Positions 9,583-18,850 of a DNA stretch of 64,000 nucleotides are shown in pieces. Under the pieces are notes generated by a model, which saw nothing but the letters and a program-made list of their open reading frames with translations, was not told where the DNA came from and made no database searches. The DNA lies in assembly GCA_963705105.1 (NCBI GenBank), contig CAVPIW010000006.1, positions 928,001 through 992,000 of the forward strand, written 5' to 3'. A program made the translations under genes and the position numbers. This DNA comes from an uncultured Nitrospiraceae bacterium. Lineage in GTDB: Bacteria > Nitrospirota > Thermodesulfovibrionia > Thermodesulfovibrionales > Dissulfurispiraceae. Numbering within the stretch: the stretch's first letter is position 1; each line of letters begins with the position of its first letter.

Positions 9583-10818
9583 TCAGAACAGACGGACCTG
9601 CACGGTCTCGCCTTCATCGACGCCGAGTTTGGCCGGCGGGACCACGACGATGCCGTCGGCCTTCACCAGGGTCGTGATGAGGCCCGACTTTCCGAGGACC
9701 GGCACCGCGACGACCACACCGTCCCGATCTTCCAGGGCCACCCGGACATGGTCTTCCCTGCCCGCAGCGGAGGCGACGCCCTTGGCCATCGTCGCAGTCA
9801 CCTGCGCGGAGACGGGCAGCCTTTCCTCAACCCCGCCCAGTCGATCGAGCAGGGGACGGATGAAAAGGTCAAAACAGACAAAGATGGCCGCCGGGTGACC
9901 GGGAAGTCCGAAAACGGGCTTCCCCGACACGATCCCGCCGATGACCGGCTTTCCCGGCTTGAGCGACGCCCCGTGGAAGAGGACGCCCGGCGTGCCGGCT
10001 TCATTGATGATGCGGGCCGTCATGTCCTTTATCCCCGCCGAAGTCCCTCCACCGACGAGAATGATGTCCGAATCCCGGATCGACTGCCCGATCACCGCGC
10101 CGATATCATCGGATCGGTCGGAAATGATCCCTTTCCGGACGGGGATTCCGCCGTGTTCGGCGATGAGACCGGCAAGCGTGTATGAGTTGATATCCCGCAC
10201 CTGGCCGGGTCCGGGCGTGCTGCCCGCCGGGACGATCTCGTCACCCGTCGCGATGATCGAGACGACAGGTTTCCGGAAAACGCCGACCCTCGTCATCCCC
10301 AGGCCGGCAAGGGCGCCGATGTCCTGGGGACGGAGCCTGCGGCCTTTCATGAGCACCGTCTCGCCCCGCCTCACGTCGTCTCCGCGCTGAATGACGTTTT
10401 CATAAGGGGCGACGGCATGCACCACCTCGATCATGTCATCGGAGACCGCCTGGGTGTGCTCCACCATGACCACCGCGTCGGCGCCGTCGGGCAGCATGCC
10501 GCCCGTGGGCATGCGCGCCGCCTCTCCCGGTCCGAGGGTGAAGCCGGGAGCAGCTCCCATGAATACCTCTCCCGTGACAGTGATATAGACCGGGGCGGTC
10601 TCCCTGGCGCCGAAGGTGTCCGCCGCCCTGAGGGCGAAACCGTCGACGGTGGAACGCGAAAAGGCGGGAAGGTCTTCCGGCGACAGGAAATCAGAAGCAA
10701 GGACGCGCCCGCAGCAGTCCTCCAGCTCCAGGGTCTCCGTCCCGGGCGACGTGGTCGCGAGACCGGAGATGATGAGGTGAAGGGCCTCGGAGGGGGAACG
10801 GTAGGTCTTGTCGAACAT
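9583..10818 (-). CDS. moeA: Molybdopterin molybdotransferase
   Basis: PAFSRSTVDGFA, TGGMLPDGADAVVMVE, TGDEI, RDINS, KPGKP, GLPGHP. Confidence 0.93.
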   Translation of the reverse strand: MFDKTYRSPSEALHLIISGLATTSPGTETLELEDCCGRVLASDFLSPEDLPAFSRSTVDGFALRAADTFGARETAPVYITVTGEVFMGAAPGFTLGPGEAARMPTGGMLPDGADAVVMVEHTQAVSDDMIEVVHAVAPYENVIQRGDDVRRGETVLMKGRRLRPQDIGALAGLGMTRVGVFRKPVVSIIATGDEIVPAGSTPGPGQVRDINSYTLAGLIAEHGGIPVRKGIISDRSDDIGAVIGQSIRDSDIILVGGGTSAGIKDMTARIINEAGTPGVLFHGASLKPGKPVIGGIVSGKPVFGLPGHPAAIFVCFDLFIRPLLDRLGGVEERLPVSAQVTATMAKGVASAAGREDHVRVALEDRDGVVVAVPVLGKSGLITTLVKADGIVVVPPAKLGVDEGETVQVRLF

Positions 10819-10842
10819 GGGGACGGAAGAAAACGCGCTCCC

Positions 10843-11529
10843 TCAGAGGGGGCGCCTCGTCAGGACGGATGCTTCCCTGCCGTTCTGCAGAAGGTCGAGC
10901 ATCCTGGCGACGGACTCGTCATGGAGGCCTGCAATGTATTCCCTGTCGATGCTCCTCGCCCTCCTCCTGTTCAAAAGGGACAGCAGGACGATCCCCTTGT
11001 AGATCCTCCTGTTCGTCTTGAAGGAAAATATGAACCGGTCGAGGGAGCCCTCGAGGAATAAATCATTGCGCTTCTGGACGGTCTTGCTGATGCCGATGAA
11101 CTGAAGCCAGTGGACTTTGTCGATGATGCTGTCGGCCTTCAGCTCGACCCAGGTGTGACCGACGTCCCACTTCTCTTCCGTGAGCGTCTCGTGGGCGACC
11201 GTATCTGCCGCGAGGTGGCTCAGGTAGCCGTAGACGAATGATTTCGACGGCCCGTCATCGGCCTGATCGAGGAGGCGGAGAGCCACGTCCCAGCTGTGGG
11301 AGCTCCGCTCATCGGGAAGGTATTTCTTTCCCAGAATAATATCGGCCATGAGGTTGCCGTACAGGAAATCCTGCCTGTACTGCCTCATCACCGCATAGAC
11401 GGCTGCCGGGATGAGAGGGCCGTATGAAAAAAGCTCGCTTCCCAGGTAGAGGTGCGTCATCGGCCCCCAGGCCCATGCCGACGAGGGCAGAAGGATGATT
11501 GAGAAGAGGAGGACGAACGGCATCGTCAT
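10843..11529 (-). CDS. Zinc-dependent phospholipase C/nuclease-like protein
   Basis: Signal peptide then AWGPMTH; GYLSHLAADTVAH; ATGA overlap with pepA stop. Confidence 0.75.
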   Translation of the reverse strand: MTMPFVLLFSIILLPSSAWAWGPMTHLYLGSELFSYGPLIPAAVYAVMRQYRQDFLYGNLMADIILGKKYLPDERSSHSWDVALRLLDQADDGPSKSFVYGYLSHLAADTVAHETLTEEKWDVGHTWVELKADSIIDKVHWLQFIGISKTVQKRNDLFLEGSLDRFIFSFKTNRRIYKGIVLLSLLNRRRARSIDREYIAGLHDESVARMLDLLQNGREASVLTRRPL

Positions 11530-12998
11530 GACGACATCTCCTTCAGAACGTGCAGCAGAAGCCTCACGCCGATTCCCGTCGCGCCCTTCGGGAGATAGGG
11601 TTTGTCCTTGTCGTTCCATGCCGTCCCGGCGATGTCGAGATGCACCCAGGGCGTCTCAGCGGCACATTCCTTCAAAAAATAGCCCGCAGTGACGAGGGAC
11701 CCCGTCTTGCCGCCCGAATTCTTCAGGTCCGCCACATCGCTCTTTATGTATTCCTTGTATTCGTCGTACAGAGGCATCCGCCAGACCCGCTCCGATGTCT
11801 CTTCTGAAGCCTTCCTGATCGCATCCATAAGCGCCTCCCCCGTTCCCATCATGGCGATCGCCTCGTTGCCGAGGGCGACAGAGCAAGCTCCCGTGAGGGT
11901 CGCGATATCGATGACGGCCGCCGGCCTGGCATGCCGCAGGGCATACCCGATCCCGTCGGCGAGGGCGAGACGGCCTTCGGCATCGGTGTTTATGATCTCA
12001 ATCGTCTTTCCCGCGATTGTCTTCACCACGTCGCCGGGCTTCGAGGCCCTCCCCCCGGGGAGGTTCTCCGTCGCCGGCAGGACGGCCATGACATGAACGG
12101 GCAGCGCCAGCTCAGAGACGGCCTTGATGACGCCGAGGACTGCAGCCCCCCCGGCCATGTCATACTTCATCTTTTCCATGCCTTCGGCCGGCTTCAGGGA
12201 GATCCCGCCGCTGTCGAAGGTGATGGATTTACCGATGAGAGCGATGGGCGGCTTCCTGGCGCCCTTGTATTCGAGCACGATGAATTTGGGTGGCTCCTCC
12301 GATCCCCGGGCCACGGAGAGATAGGACTCCATCCCCTCGCGCTCCGCATCGCGGCGCTCCAGAACGGTCACCTTCACCTTCCTCCCCGCAAGTGTCTTCG
12401 CCGCCTCGGCAAGCACGCCGGGCGTCATGTCGTTCGACGGGGTGTTGATGAGGTCACGGGCAAAGTTCACCGCCGAAAGGGTTGTCCTGAGCCACTTCAG
12501 GTCCGGGTCTCCGCCGCCGAGGACGATGACCTCTTTGAGCTCCTTCGGCTCCTCCGGCTTCTTATACCTTTCATAGAGGTACAGGCCGAGGAGTCCGCCC
12601 TCCAGGAAGTAATAGACAGGTTTTCGGGCCGTCGGCTGAGCAAGGGTGATGCGCTGCAGGAGTCTCGTCGACAGGGCGACTTTCCCGGCGCCGATATCCC
12701 TCAGAAGAGTGAGGGCCTTTCCGCCGGCCTGCCGGAGTTTCTCCGGAGAGACCAGGGACTCCTTTCCGAAGCCAACGAGAAGAAGGCGGGCTGCGTTGAG
12801 GTTCCTGACATGGATCAGTGTGAGCTGGTTCTGCTTCCCCTTGAATTCGCGCGAGGCGATGGTCCGCCCGATGAGCCCCCCGATGACTGTGTCGATGTCT
12901 CCGTAGATGTCGGGGTTCGGGTCTTCGAAGCAGGGCAGGATGACCGCGTCCGCCCCTGTATCGAGTTCCGTGACGGCGTCAATCCTGATGTCTGTCAT
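11526..12998 (-). CDS. pepA: Leucyl aminopeptidase (M17)
   Basis: GKSITFDSGGISLKP, MKYDMAG, NTDAEGRL, ATLTGA, HLDIAGTA. Confidence 0.96.
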   Translation of the reverse strand: MTDIRIDAVTELDTGADAVILPCFEDPNPDIYGDIDTVIGGLIGRTIASREFKGKQNQLTLIHVRNLNAARLLLVGFGKESLVSPEKLRQAGGKALTLLRDIGAGKVALSTRLLQRITLAQPTARKPVYYFLEGGLLGLYLYERYKKPEEPKELKEVIVLGGGDPDLKWLRTTLSAVNFARDLINTPSNDMTPGVLAEAAKTLAGRKVKVTVLERRDAEREGMESYLSVARGSEEPPKFIVLEYKGARKPPIALIGKSITFDSGGISLKPAEGMEKMKYDMAGGAAVLGVIKAVSELALPVHVMAVLPATENLPGGRASKPGDVVKTIAGKTIEIINTDAEGRLALADGIGYALRHARPAAVIDIATLTGACSVALGNEAIAMMGTGEALMDAIRKASEETSERVWRMPLYDEYKEYIKSDVADLKNSGGKTGSLVTAGYFLKECAAETPWVHLDIAGTAWNDKDKPYLPKGATGIGVRLLLHVLKEMSS

Positions 12999-13599
12999 CG
13001 TCCTCCCCCTGAGGTTCCCGGTGCCGTTTCAGCGGCCTGTTGAACTCGTTCATCGCCCCGTCGAGGCCCCGGATAATGATGGCAGTGACGGCATCAACCG
13101 CCTTTATTATAGCATCTTTGACAAGGTCCTGTTCAGAGGGGGAAAACTTCGACAGGACAAACTCATGGGCGGGTGCATCAACAGTCCTGCCGATGCCGAT
13201 CTTGACCCGGGCAAAATCCTTCGTGCCGAGCGACTGGATGATCGACTCGATGCCGCGGTGACCGCCCGAAGAACCGCTCCGCTTTATTTTGACCCTCCCG
13301 ACGTCCATATCGAGGTCATCGTGGACGACGATAAGGGCTTCGCCGGTCCCTTCCCTCTCCCGTCCTGCTCTTCTCATGACGCCGAGAACAGCCGCGCCGC
13401 TCCTGTTCATGAAGGTGAGCGGTTTCAGGAGGACGATGTCACGCCCGTCGACAACACCCCGTCCGAGGCAGTATTCCTGTTTTTTTTCAAGGGAAATGCC
13501 CCACTCCCCGGAAAGGGCATCGATGACCATGAACCCGACGTTATGACGCGTTCGTGCGTATTTCCTGCCGGGATTCCCCAGCCCGGCGATAATCGTCAT
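12979..13599 (-). CDS. pth: Peptidyl-tRNA hydrolase
   Basis: GLGNPG..Y..TRHNVGF, KPLTFMNRSG, HDDLD, GGHRGIESI. Confidence 0.96.
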   Translation of the reverse strand: MTIIAGLGNPGRKYARTRHNVGFMVIDALSGEWGISLEKKQEYCLGRGVVDGRDIVLLKPLTFMNRSGAAVLGVMRRAGREREGTGEALIVVHDDLDMDVGRVKIKRSGSSGGHRGIESIIQSLGTKDFARVKIGIGRTVDAPAHEFVLSKFSPSEQDLVKDAIIKAVDAVTAIIIRGLDGAMNEFNRPLKRHREPQGEDDDRHQD

Positions 13600-13620
13600 C
13601 AAGGCCTTCGGACCGGCCTG

Positions 13621-14265
13621 TTAGCCTTCGGCCTCCTCTGCTTTCTTGCCCTTCTTGATAATTTCGGGCTCCGCCGTCTCCACCTCCTCAACAACAGGAG
13701 CAGCGGCCTCTTCCTTGATCGCCGTCACCGTGACGATAAGCTCCTCGGGATCGGTGAGCACCCTGATCCCTTCGGCGAGTTTCAGATCGCCCACATGAAT
13801 GGACTGCCCGATGCCGAGGGGGCTGACGTCGACATCGACGTGGCCCGGGATCTTGTCGGGCAGACACTCGATCTCGATTTCCCGGATCCCGTGCTGAAGC
13901 AGCCCGCCGTCCCTCTTGACGCCGACGGCTTCGCCGCTCGTCACAATATGCACCGCGATTTTCAGCATCTCCGTCGCCAGGATCTCCTGAAAATCGACAT
14001 GGATCAGGCTGCTCGTTATCGGGTCGATCTGGTAATCCTTCATGATCGCCTGCCGCGTCTTGTCGGCGAAATTGAGATTGACCACGACCTGCTCCCCCCC
14101 GGACCTGCTGATAAAGGACGTCAGCTCACGCTTCGAGATCTGTATGGGTTGGGACGTCCCTTCCCTGTAAAGGACCGCGGGGATGACGTTGTTCCTCCTC
14201 AGGTCGCGCGCGGCGCCCTTGCCCTTTCTCTCCCTCTTTTCGACATCAAGTGTCACTCTTTCCAT
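13621..14265 (-). CDS. rplY: 50S ribosomal protein L25/Ctc
   Basis: GKGAAR.LRR...IPAVLY, HVDF, Ctc-type C-terminal domain; conserved prs-rplY-pth order. Confidence 0.95.
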   Translation of the reverse strand: MERVTLDVEKRERKGKGAARDLRRNNVIPAVLYREGTSQPIQISKRELTSFISRSGGEQVVVNLNFADKTRQAIMKDYQIDPITSSLIHVDFQEILATEMLKIAVHIVTSGEAVGVKRDGGLLQHGIREIEIECLPDKIPGHVDVDVSPLGIGQSIHVGDLKLAEGIRVLTDPEELIVTVTAIKEEAAAPVVEEVETAEPEIIKKGKKAEEAEG

Positions 14266-14297
14266 GTATCCTCCTCATGATCATTCATTCGAGTATT

Positions 14298-14560
14298 ACC
14301 GTATCGTTGCATGGCTACCCCGGAAAGGCGGAGCGAAGATGCCACCGCACAAGTCATTAAGTCATTGAGTCATTAAAGTCATTGTCGGCAGTCGACAGTC
14401 GGAACAAGGTCACGAATACCAGGACGGCAGCGTCGATATAAAAACGATTCCTTTCACTGACACTGACACCCACACTGACACTGTTTTTCAGAGCCCTTTC
14501 ACTGACACTGACACTCACACTGTCACTGTTTTTCAGAGCGCTCTGCCCTGTCTTTTCAGC
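14298..14560 (+). repeat. Intergenic repeat family copy 4 (short form with ~45-bp tandem duplication of the CACTGA block)
   Basis: CTTTCACTGACACTGACAC...TTTTTCAGAGC occurs twice (~14451-14494, ~14496-14539). Confidence 0.95.
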
Positions 14561-14567
14561 GCCCGCA

Positions 14568-15509
14568 TCAGACGAAAAGCGAGCTCACCGACGACTCGTC
14601 GTGTATCCTCTCGATCGCGTCGCCGAGCAGAGATGCAACGCTCAGGACTTTAAGCTTCCTGCAAATGACGGCCTTGTCTTCAAGGGGAATCGTGTCCGTC
14701 GCGATGACCTCCTCGAGAGCCGACGCATTGATCTTGTCGATCGCCGGTCCGGACAGAACGGCGTGGGTACATGCCGCAAGCACCCGGTTCGCCCCGCCTT
14801 CCTTCAATGCGAAGGCCGCCTGTGCCATCGTCCCGGCCGTATCGATCATGTCGTCGAGAATGACGGCGTCTTTCCCCCGGACGTCGCCGATGACGTGCAT
14901 CACCTTTGACACATTGGCTGCCTCCCGTCGCTTGTCGATGATGGCGAGATGGGCGTCGAGCCTCTTCGCAAAGGCCCTGGCACGCTCCACACCTCCCGCG
15001 TCGGGCGAGACGACGACGAGGTCCCTGTATTCACCCCGCTTGATAAACTCGAGCAGGACCGGCGCCGCATAGAGATGATCGACAGGTATGTTGAAGAAGC
15101 CCTGGATCTGCCCGGCATGGAGATCGATCGTCAGGATCCGGTGCGTCCCCGCCGCTGTGAGAAGATCGGCGATCAGCTTCGACGTGATCGGTACCCTGGG
15201 CTGGACCTTCCTGTCCTGACGCGCATACCCGTAATAAGGAATGACGGCGGTGATCCTCCGGGCCGAGGCCCTCTTCAGGGCGTCGATCATGATAAGCAGT
15301 TCCATGATGTTCGTATTCACGGGCGTGCAGGTGGACTGGATGACGAAAACGTCGTAGCCGCGGATGTTCTCGTTGATCTGGACCTGGATCTCTCCGTCGC
15401 TGAACGTGTTGACCATCGCGTCCGCAAGGGGTATCCCAAGGTGCTTGCTCACCTTCAGGGCGAGGGCTCCGTTCGAATTACCGGTCAACAACTTAATGCC
15501 GTTTGCCAT
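14568..15509 (-). CDS. prs: Ribose-phosphate pyrophosphokinase
   Basis: [44 protein letters not shown]. Confidence 0.97.
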   Translation of the reverse strand: MANGIKLLTGNSNGALALKVSKHLGIPLADAMVNTFSDGEIQVQINENIRGYDVFVIQSTCTPVNTNIMELLIMIDALKRASARRITAVIPYYGYARQDRKVQPRVPITSKLIADLLTAAGTHRILTIDLHAGQIQGFFNIPVDHLYAAPVLLEFIKRGEYRDLVVVSPDAGGVERARAFAKRLDAHLAIIDKRREAANVSKVMHVIGDVRGKDAVILDDMIDTAGTMAQAAFALKEGGANRVLAACTHAVLSGPAIDKINASALEEVIATDTIPLEDKAVICRKLKVLSVASLLGDAIERIHDESSVSSLFV

Positions 15510-15610
15510 GCATACCTCCGGGAAATATTCCATATCACACCGGCACGACGCCCCTTCTCATTCCGTCCTGATCCGGACAAAGAAATATGAAGCGCTGCCT
15601 GCCTGATCAA

Positions 15611-15682
15611 CTGGGGCGCCAGGATTCGAACCTGGGAATGGCAGATCCAAAATCTGCTGACTTGCCGCTTGTCGACGCCCCA
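15611..15682 (-). tRNA. tRNA-Gln (TTG), CCA not encoded
   Basis: TGGGGCG acceptor stem, GCAGA-TTTTGGA-TCTGC anticodon arm, GGTTCGAATCC T-loop; conserved ispE-tRNA-Gln-prs position. Confidence 0.96.
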
Positions 15683-15740
15683 TATAGTCGTCTGGAACAC
15701 GCGATATGCCCCGTGATCAACATCGGGACATCTCCGGCCC

Positions 15741-16607
15741 TCACAGGGACCGGTCCGTCAGGGTTTTCACCACCCTGCTCCAGCAGTCGGGGAACCTCCC
15801 CGCCGCCCTGCCCGCATCTTCGCTGCTGTCGAAAAGGCCGAAAAGGGCGGACCCGCTGCCGCTCATGAGGGCAGCCGCAGCGCCCGCATCGAGAAGCCGC
15901 TTCTTCAGATCCCCGGCGACGGGATGGTCGTCGAAGACGGTCTCTTCAAAGTCATTGTGCAGCAGGGATGCCAGGCGGGACCTGTCCCGCGATTCAATGT
16001 ACCGGTAAAGTAAGTTGATATTATGATATTCATCCCTTTTGTTTGTCAACGCAGCCGGCCCCCTGTTCAGCCTCCGGTAAGCCTCCGCCGTCGACACGGA
16101 CAGGGCCGGTTTGACGATCAGGAGATCATATGATACGGTAGCCGGCAGCGGCTCCAGTTTCTCCCCCCTCCCTGCCGCGATCGCGAGAGGGCCGGCCATG
16201 AAGAACGGCACGTCCGAACCGAGTGACGCCCCGAGGGCCATGAGCTCCGGATCGGGCAGGGACAAGCCCCACAGGGCGTTCAGCCCCCGGAGAGTCGTCG
16301 CCGCATCGCTGCTCCCGCCGCCCAGCCCCGCGCCGGCGGGGATCTCCTTTCGCAGTGTGATCCGCGCGCCTTCGCGACAACCCGTGTATTCCCGCAGCGC
16401 CCGGGCGGCCCGGCAGACGAGATTGTCCTCTGCAGGCAGCGCCATGTCCGACTCCAGGTGAAACGTGCGGGAGGGCAGAAAGATCAGGACATCGCTGAGA
16501 CTGACGCGCTGCATCAGGGACAGGATATCGTGATATCCGTCATCCCGCCTGCGCAGAACGTAGAGGGTCCAGTTTATTTTTGCGGGTGCTTCGAGCGTCA
16601 GGGTCAT
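15741..16607 (-). CDS. ispE: 4-diphosphocytidyl-2-C-methyl-D-erythritol kinase
   Basis: APAKIN, KEIPAGAGLGGGSSDAA GHMP motif, LGSDVPFF, MSGSGS. Confidence 0.96.
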   Translation of the reverse strand: MTLTLEAPAKINWTLYVLRRRDDGYHDILSLMQRVSLSDVLIFLPSRTFHLESDMALPAEDNLVCRAARALREYTGCREGARITLRKEIPAGAGLGGGSSDAATTLRGLNALWGLSLPDPELMALGASLGSDVPFFMAGPLAIAAGRGEKLEPLPATVSYDLLIVKPALSVSTAEAYRRLNRGPAALTNKRDEYHNINLLYRYIESRDRSRLASLLHNDFEETVFDDHPVAGDLKKRLLDAGAAAALMSGSGSALFGLFDSSEDAGRAAGRFPDCWSRVVKTLTDRSL

Positions 16608-16633
16608 CGATCCTGAGGAAACGGGAGAGGGGC

Positions 16634-18400
16634 TCAGCGCTCCCCGGATTGACGAAGCTCCTTCAGCTTCTGCTCGACCCGGTCTTTCAGCCCCTCCTCC
16701 TTCTCGTGCTGGCGGAGGGACTTTTCATAACTTTCGATCGCCTTCGCGGGATCTCCCAGGGTCTTGTACACATCGCCGAGATGCTCAAAGAGAACGGGGT
16801 CGTCCTTCACCAGCTCCTGGGCGCGCAGCAGGGTCTTGAGAGCGTCGTCATGCCTCCCGAGCCTGAAATAGACCCAGCCGAGACTGTCGATGATGTACCC
16901 GCTGTCCGGCTTCAGATCAAGGGCCCGCTGAATGAGGGCAAGGGCTTCCTCGAGGTTGATCCCCTTGTCCGCATAGGAATAGCCGAGATAGTTGAGGGCA
17001 TCGGCATGCTTCGGGTTCAGCTCGATCGTCTTTTTGAGTGTGGCCACCAGCTCATCGAACTTCCCCGTTTTTTCATACACGACGGCCATGAGAAAGTTGA
17101 GCTCGTCATTGTCGGGGAACTTTCCGAGCGCTCCCGTCACCACCTCACCGGCCTTGCCGTAGTCCTTGAGCGATATGTATGCATTCGCCAGAAAGGCATA
17201 GATATCAGGTTTATCCTTCTCGAAGGTGAGCACCTCCTCGTAAATCCGTGCCGCTTCAGCGTACTTGTTCTGCTTGCCATAGACCGAAGCCAGGGTGAGA
17301 AAAGCGCTCACATTTTTCGGATCTGCAGCAAGGATTTTTTTCAGTTCCGCCGCCGCCTCTTCATATCGCTGCAGCTCGGCCAGGACAAGGGCGAGGTAAT
17401 ACCGGGCCGACGCGTTGTCCGGGCGGGCTTCGAGTACGAGCCTGAACTCGTCGATCGCCTTGTCGAACTGGTTCTCCTGGACATACAGGAGGCCCAGCCG
17501 CTGGTGCAGGTCGATGTTCAGAGGCATGTCCTTCGCCGCCTCTTCGAGCTCCCTGATCGCCTTTTCGTAAGACTTGTCGGCCACGTAAAGCTGGGCGAGA
17601 CGCTCCCGGGCATAGAGATTGTGAGGGTTGACGACAAGCACCTTCTTGTAATACTCCTCAGCCTCAGCGGGTTTGCCCCTGAGCTCGTTGATTATGCCGA
17701 GATTGAAATAGGCGGCATCGAAGGAGGGGTTGATCCCGATGATGGTGATGAAGCGCTCTTCAGCCTTTTGATATTTCTTGTCCTCGAGATCCATCGAACC
17801 GAGGTAATACAGGGCCATGATATTTTCAGGCTCCTTTACGAGCACGTCGTCGAAGACCGCCCGGGCCTTCCCGCTCTCCCTTTTCGTCGCGTACATCGCG
17901 CCGAGATGGAGCCTCGCATCTATCCTCTCAGGGTCTTTTGAGATCACCTTTTCGTAGAGTGGAATCGCTTCGTCGAGCTTCTTCTGTGAGCCGTAGAGCT
18001 CGGCCAGCAGCATGAGGGCCGGGATGTGATCGGACGTCTCCTGCAGGACCTTCTCGAGTCCCGCGACGGCGTCCGATATCCTGCCCAGCTTGACGTACAT
18101 CCGGCAGATCTGCGTCTTGACATGAGCTGACGACGGATCGATCTCGAGCACCTTCCCGTAATGTTCCAGGGCCGCCTCCCACTTCCCCCTGATCTCCGCT
18201 TCATATCCCAGAAAGTATTCGAGATAGGCCGACTGCACGTACTTCTCCGCTGTGTCAGAGCGCTGCGGTTTCGTTATTTCGGCATAAAAAGCGAAGACGG
18301 GGCCGCTCTGTGCAGTCAGAATGACGGACAGAAAGAGGGACAGCGAGACGATATATGCAGACATCAATAGTCTTCTCCGGCGAAAGGATTGATCTATCAT
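16634..18400 (-). CDS. Exported tetratricopeptide-repeat protein
   Basis: N-terminal hydrophobic segment, many TPRs, ALNYLGYSYA and IDSLGWVYF motifs typical of the TPR gene upstream of ispE. Confidence 0.9.
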   Translation of the reverse strand: MIDQSFRRRRLLMSAYIVSLSLFLSVILTAQSGPVFAFYAEITKPQRSDTAEKYVQSAYLEYFLGYEAEIRGKWEAALEHYGKVLEIDPSSAHVKTQICRMYVKLGRISDAVAGLEKVLQETSDHIPALMLLAELYGSQKKLDEAIPLYEKVISKDPERIDARLHLGAMYATKRESGKARAVFDDVLVKEPENIMALYYLGSMDLEDKKYQKAEERFITIIGINPSFDAAYFNLGIINELRGKPAEAEEYYKKVLVVNPHNLYARERLAQLYVADKSYEKAIRELEEAAKDMPLNIDLHQRLGLLYVQENQFDKAIDEFRLVLEARPDNASARYYLALVLAELQRYEEAAAELKKILAADPKNVSAFLTLASVYGKQNKYAEAARIYEEVLTFEKDKPDIYAFLANAYISLKDYGKAGEVVTGALGKFPDNDELNFLMAVVYEKTGKFDELVATLKKTIELNPKHADALNYLGYSYADKGINLEEALALIQRALDLKPDSGYIIDSLGWVYFRLGRHDDALKTLLRAQELVKDDPVLFEHLGDVYKTLGDPAKAIESYEKSLRQHEKEEGLKDRVEQKLKELRQSGER

Positions 18401-18421
18401 GGACAGATCTTCAGCCCTGCA

Positions 18422-18452
18422 GAAAAAGAAGAGGGGTCTCGACGAGACCCCC
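18422..18452 (-). terminator. Rho-independent terminator after the small peptide gene
   Basis: Minus strand GGGGTCTC-GTC-GAGACCCC followed by TCTTCTTTTTC. Confidence 0.75.
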
Positions 18453-18475
18453 GATGTAATCCAAAGCCCCGGTGT

Positions 18476-18538
18476 TTAGCAGGAGCTCTTGCACTTGCAG
18501 GTTGTTGATACCTTCTTTGAAACTTTCCTGATCACCAT
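18476..18538 (-). CDS. 20-aa Cys-rich peptide MVIRKVSKKVSTTCKCKSSC, candidate RiPP precursor
   Basis: ATG..TAA frame below the ORF-track cutoff; AAGGGGAGGTGA SD just upstream; promoter and terminator flank it; same strand as the adjacent radical SAM/SPASM gene. Confidence 0.8.
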   Translation of the reverse strand: MVIRKVSKKVSTTCKCKSSC

Positions 18539-18593
18539 GTTGACTCTTCACCTCCCCTTCAAAGGGAATACGAAGGCTTCATGCCCCGCTGAC

Positions 18594-18602
18594 ATTATAC
18601 CA
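18594..18602 (-). promoter_or_regulatory. Extended -10 promoter for the peptide gene
   Basis: Minus strand TGGTATAAT (TGn-TATAAT) about 55 nt upstream of the ATG. Confidence 0.6.
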
Positions 18603-18620
18603 TAAATCAGGTTCTTCTTT

Positions 18621-18842
18621 ACCTTATCGCTGCAATACATTCCCGGGAAAGGCGGAGCGAAGATGCCACCGCAAGAGTCATTAAGTCATTGAGTCATTAA
18701 AGTCATTGTCGGCAGTCGACAGTCGGAACAAGGTCACGAATACCAGGACGGCAGCGTCGATATAAAAACGATTCCTTTCACTGACACTGACACTCACACT
18801 GACACTGTTTTCAGAGTGCTTCGCCCCGCCTTTTCATGCAAC
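18621..18842 (+). repeat. Intergenic repeat family copy 5 (short form)
   Basis: GAAAGGCGGAGCGAAG ... CTTCGCCCCGCCTTTT inverted ends, AGTCATT x4, CACTGA repeats. Confidence 0.96.
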
Positions 18843-18850
18843 GCCCCGGA

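Noticed and set aside
15611..15682. tRNA-Gln as an island integration site
   Set aside because: It sits in the conserved ispE-prs context with no duplicated 3' end or integrase
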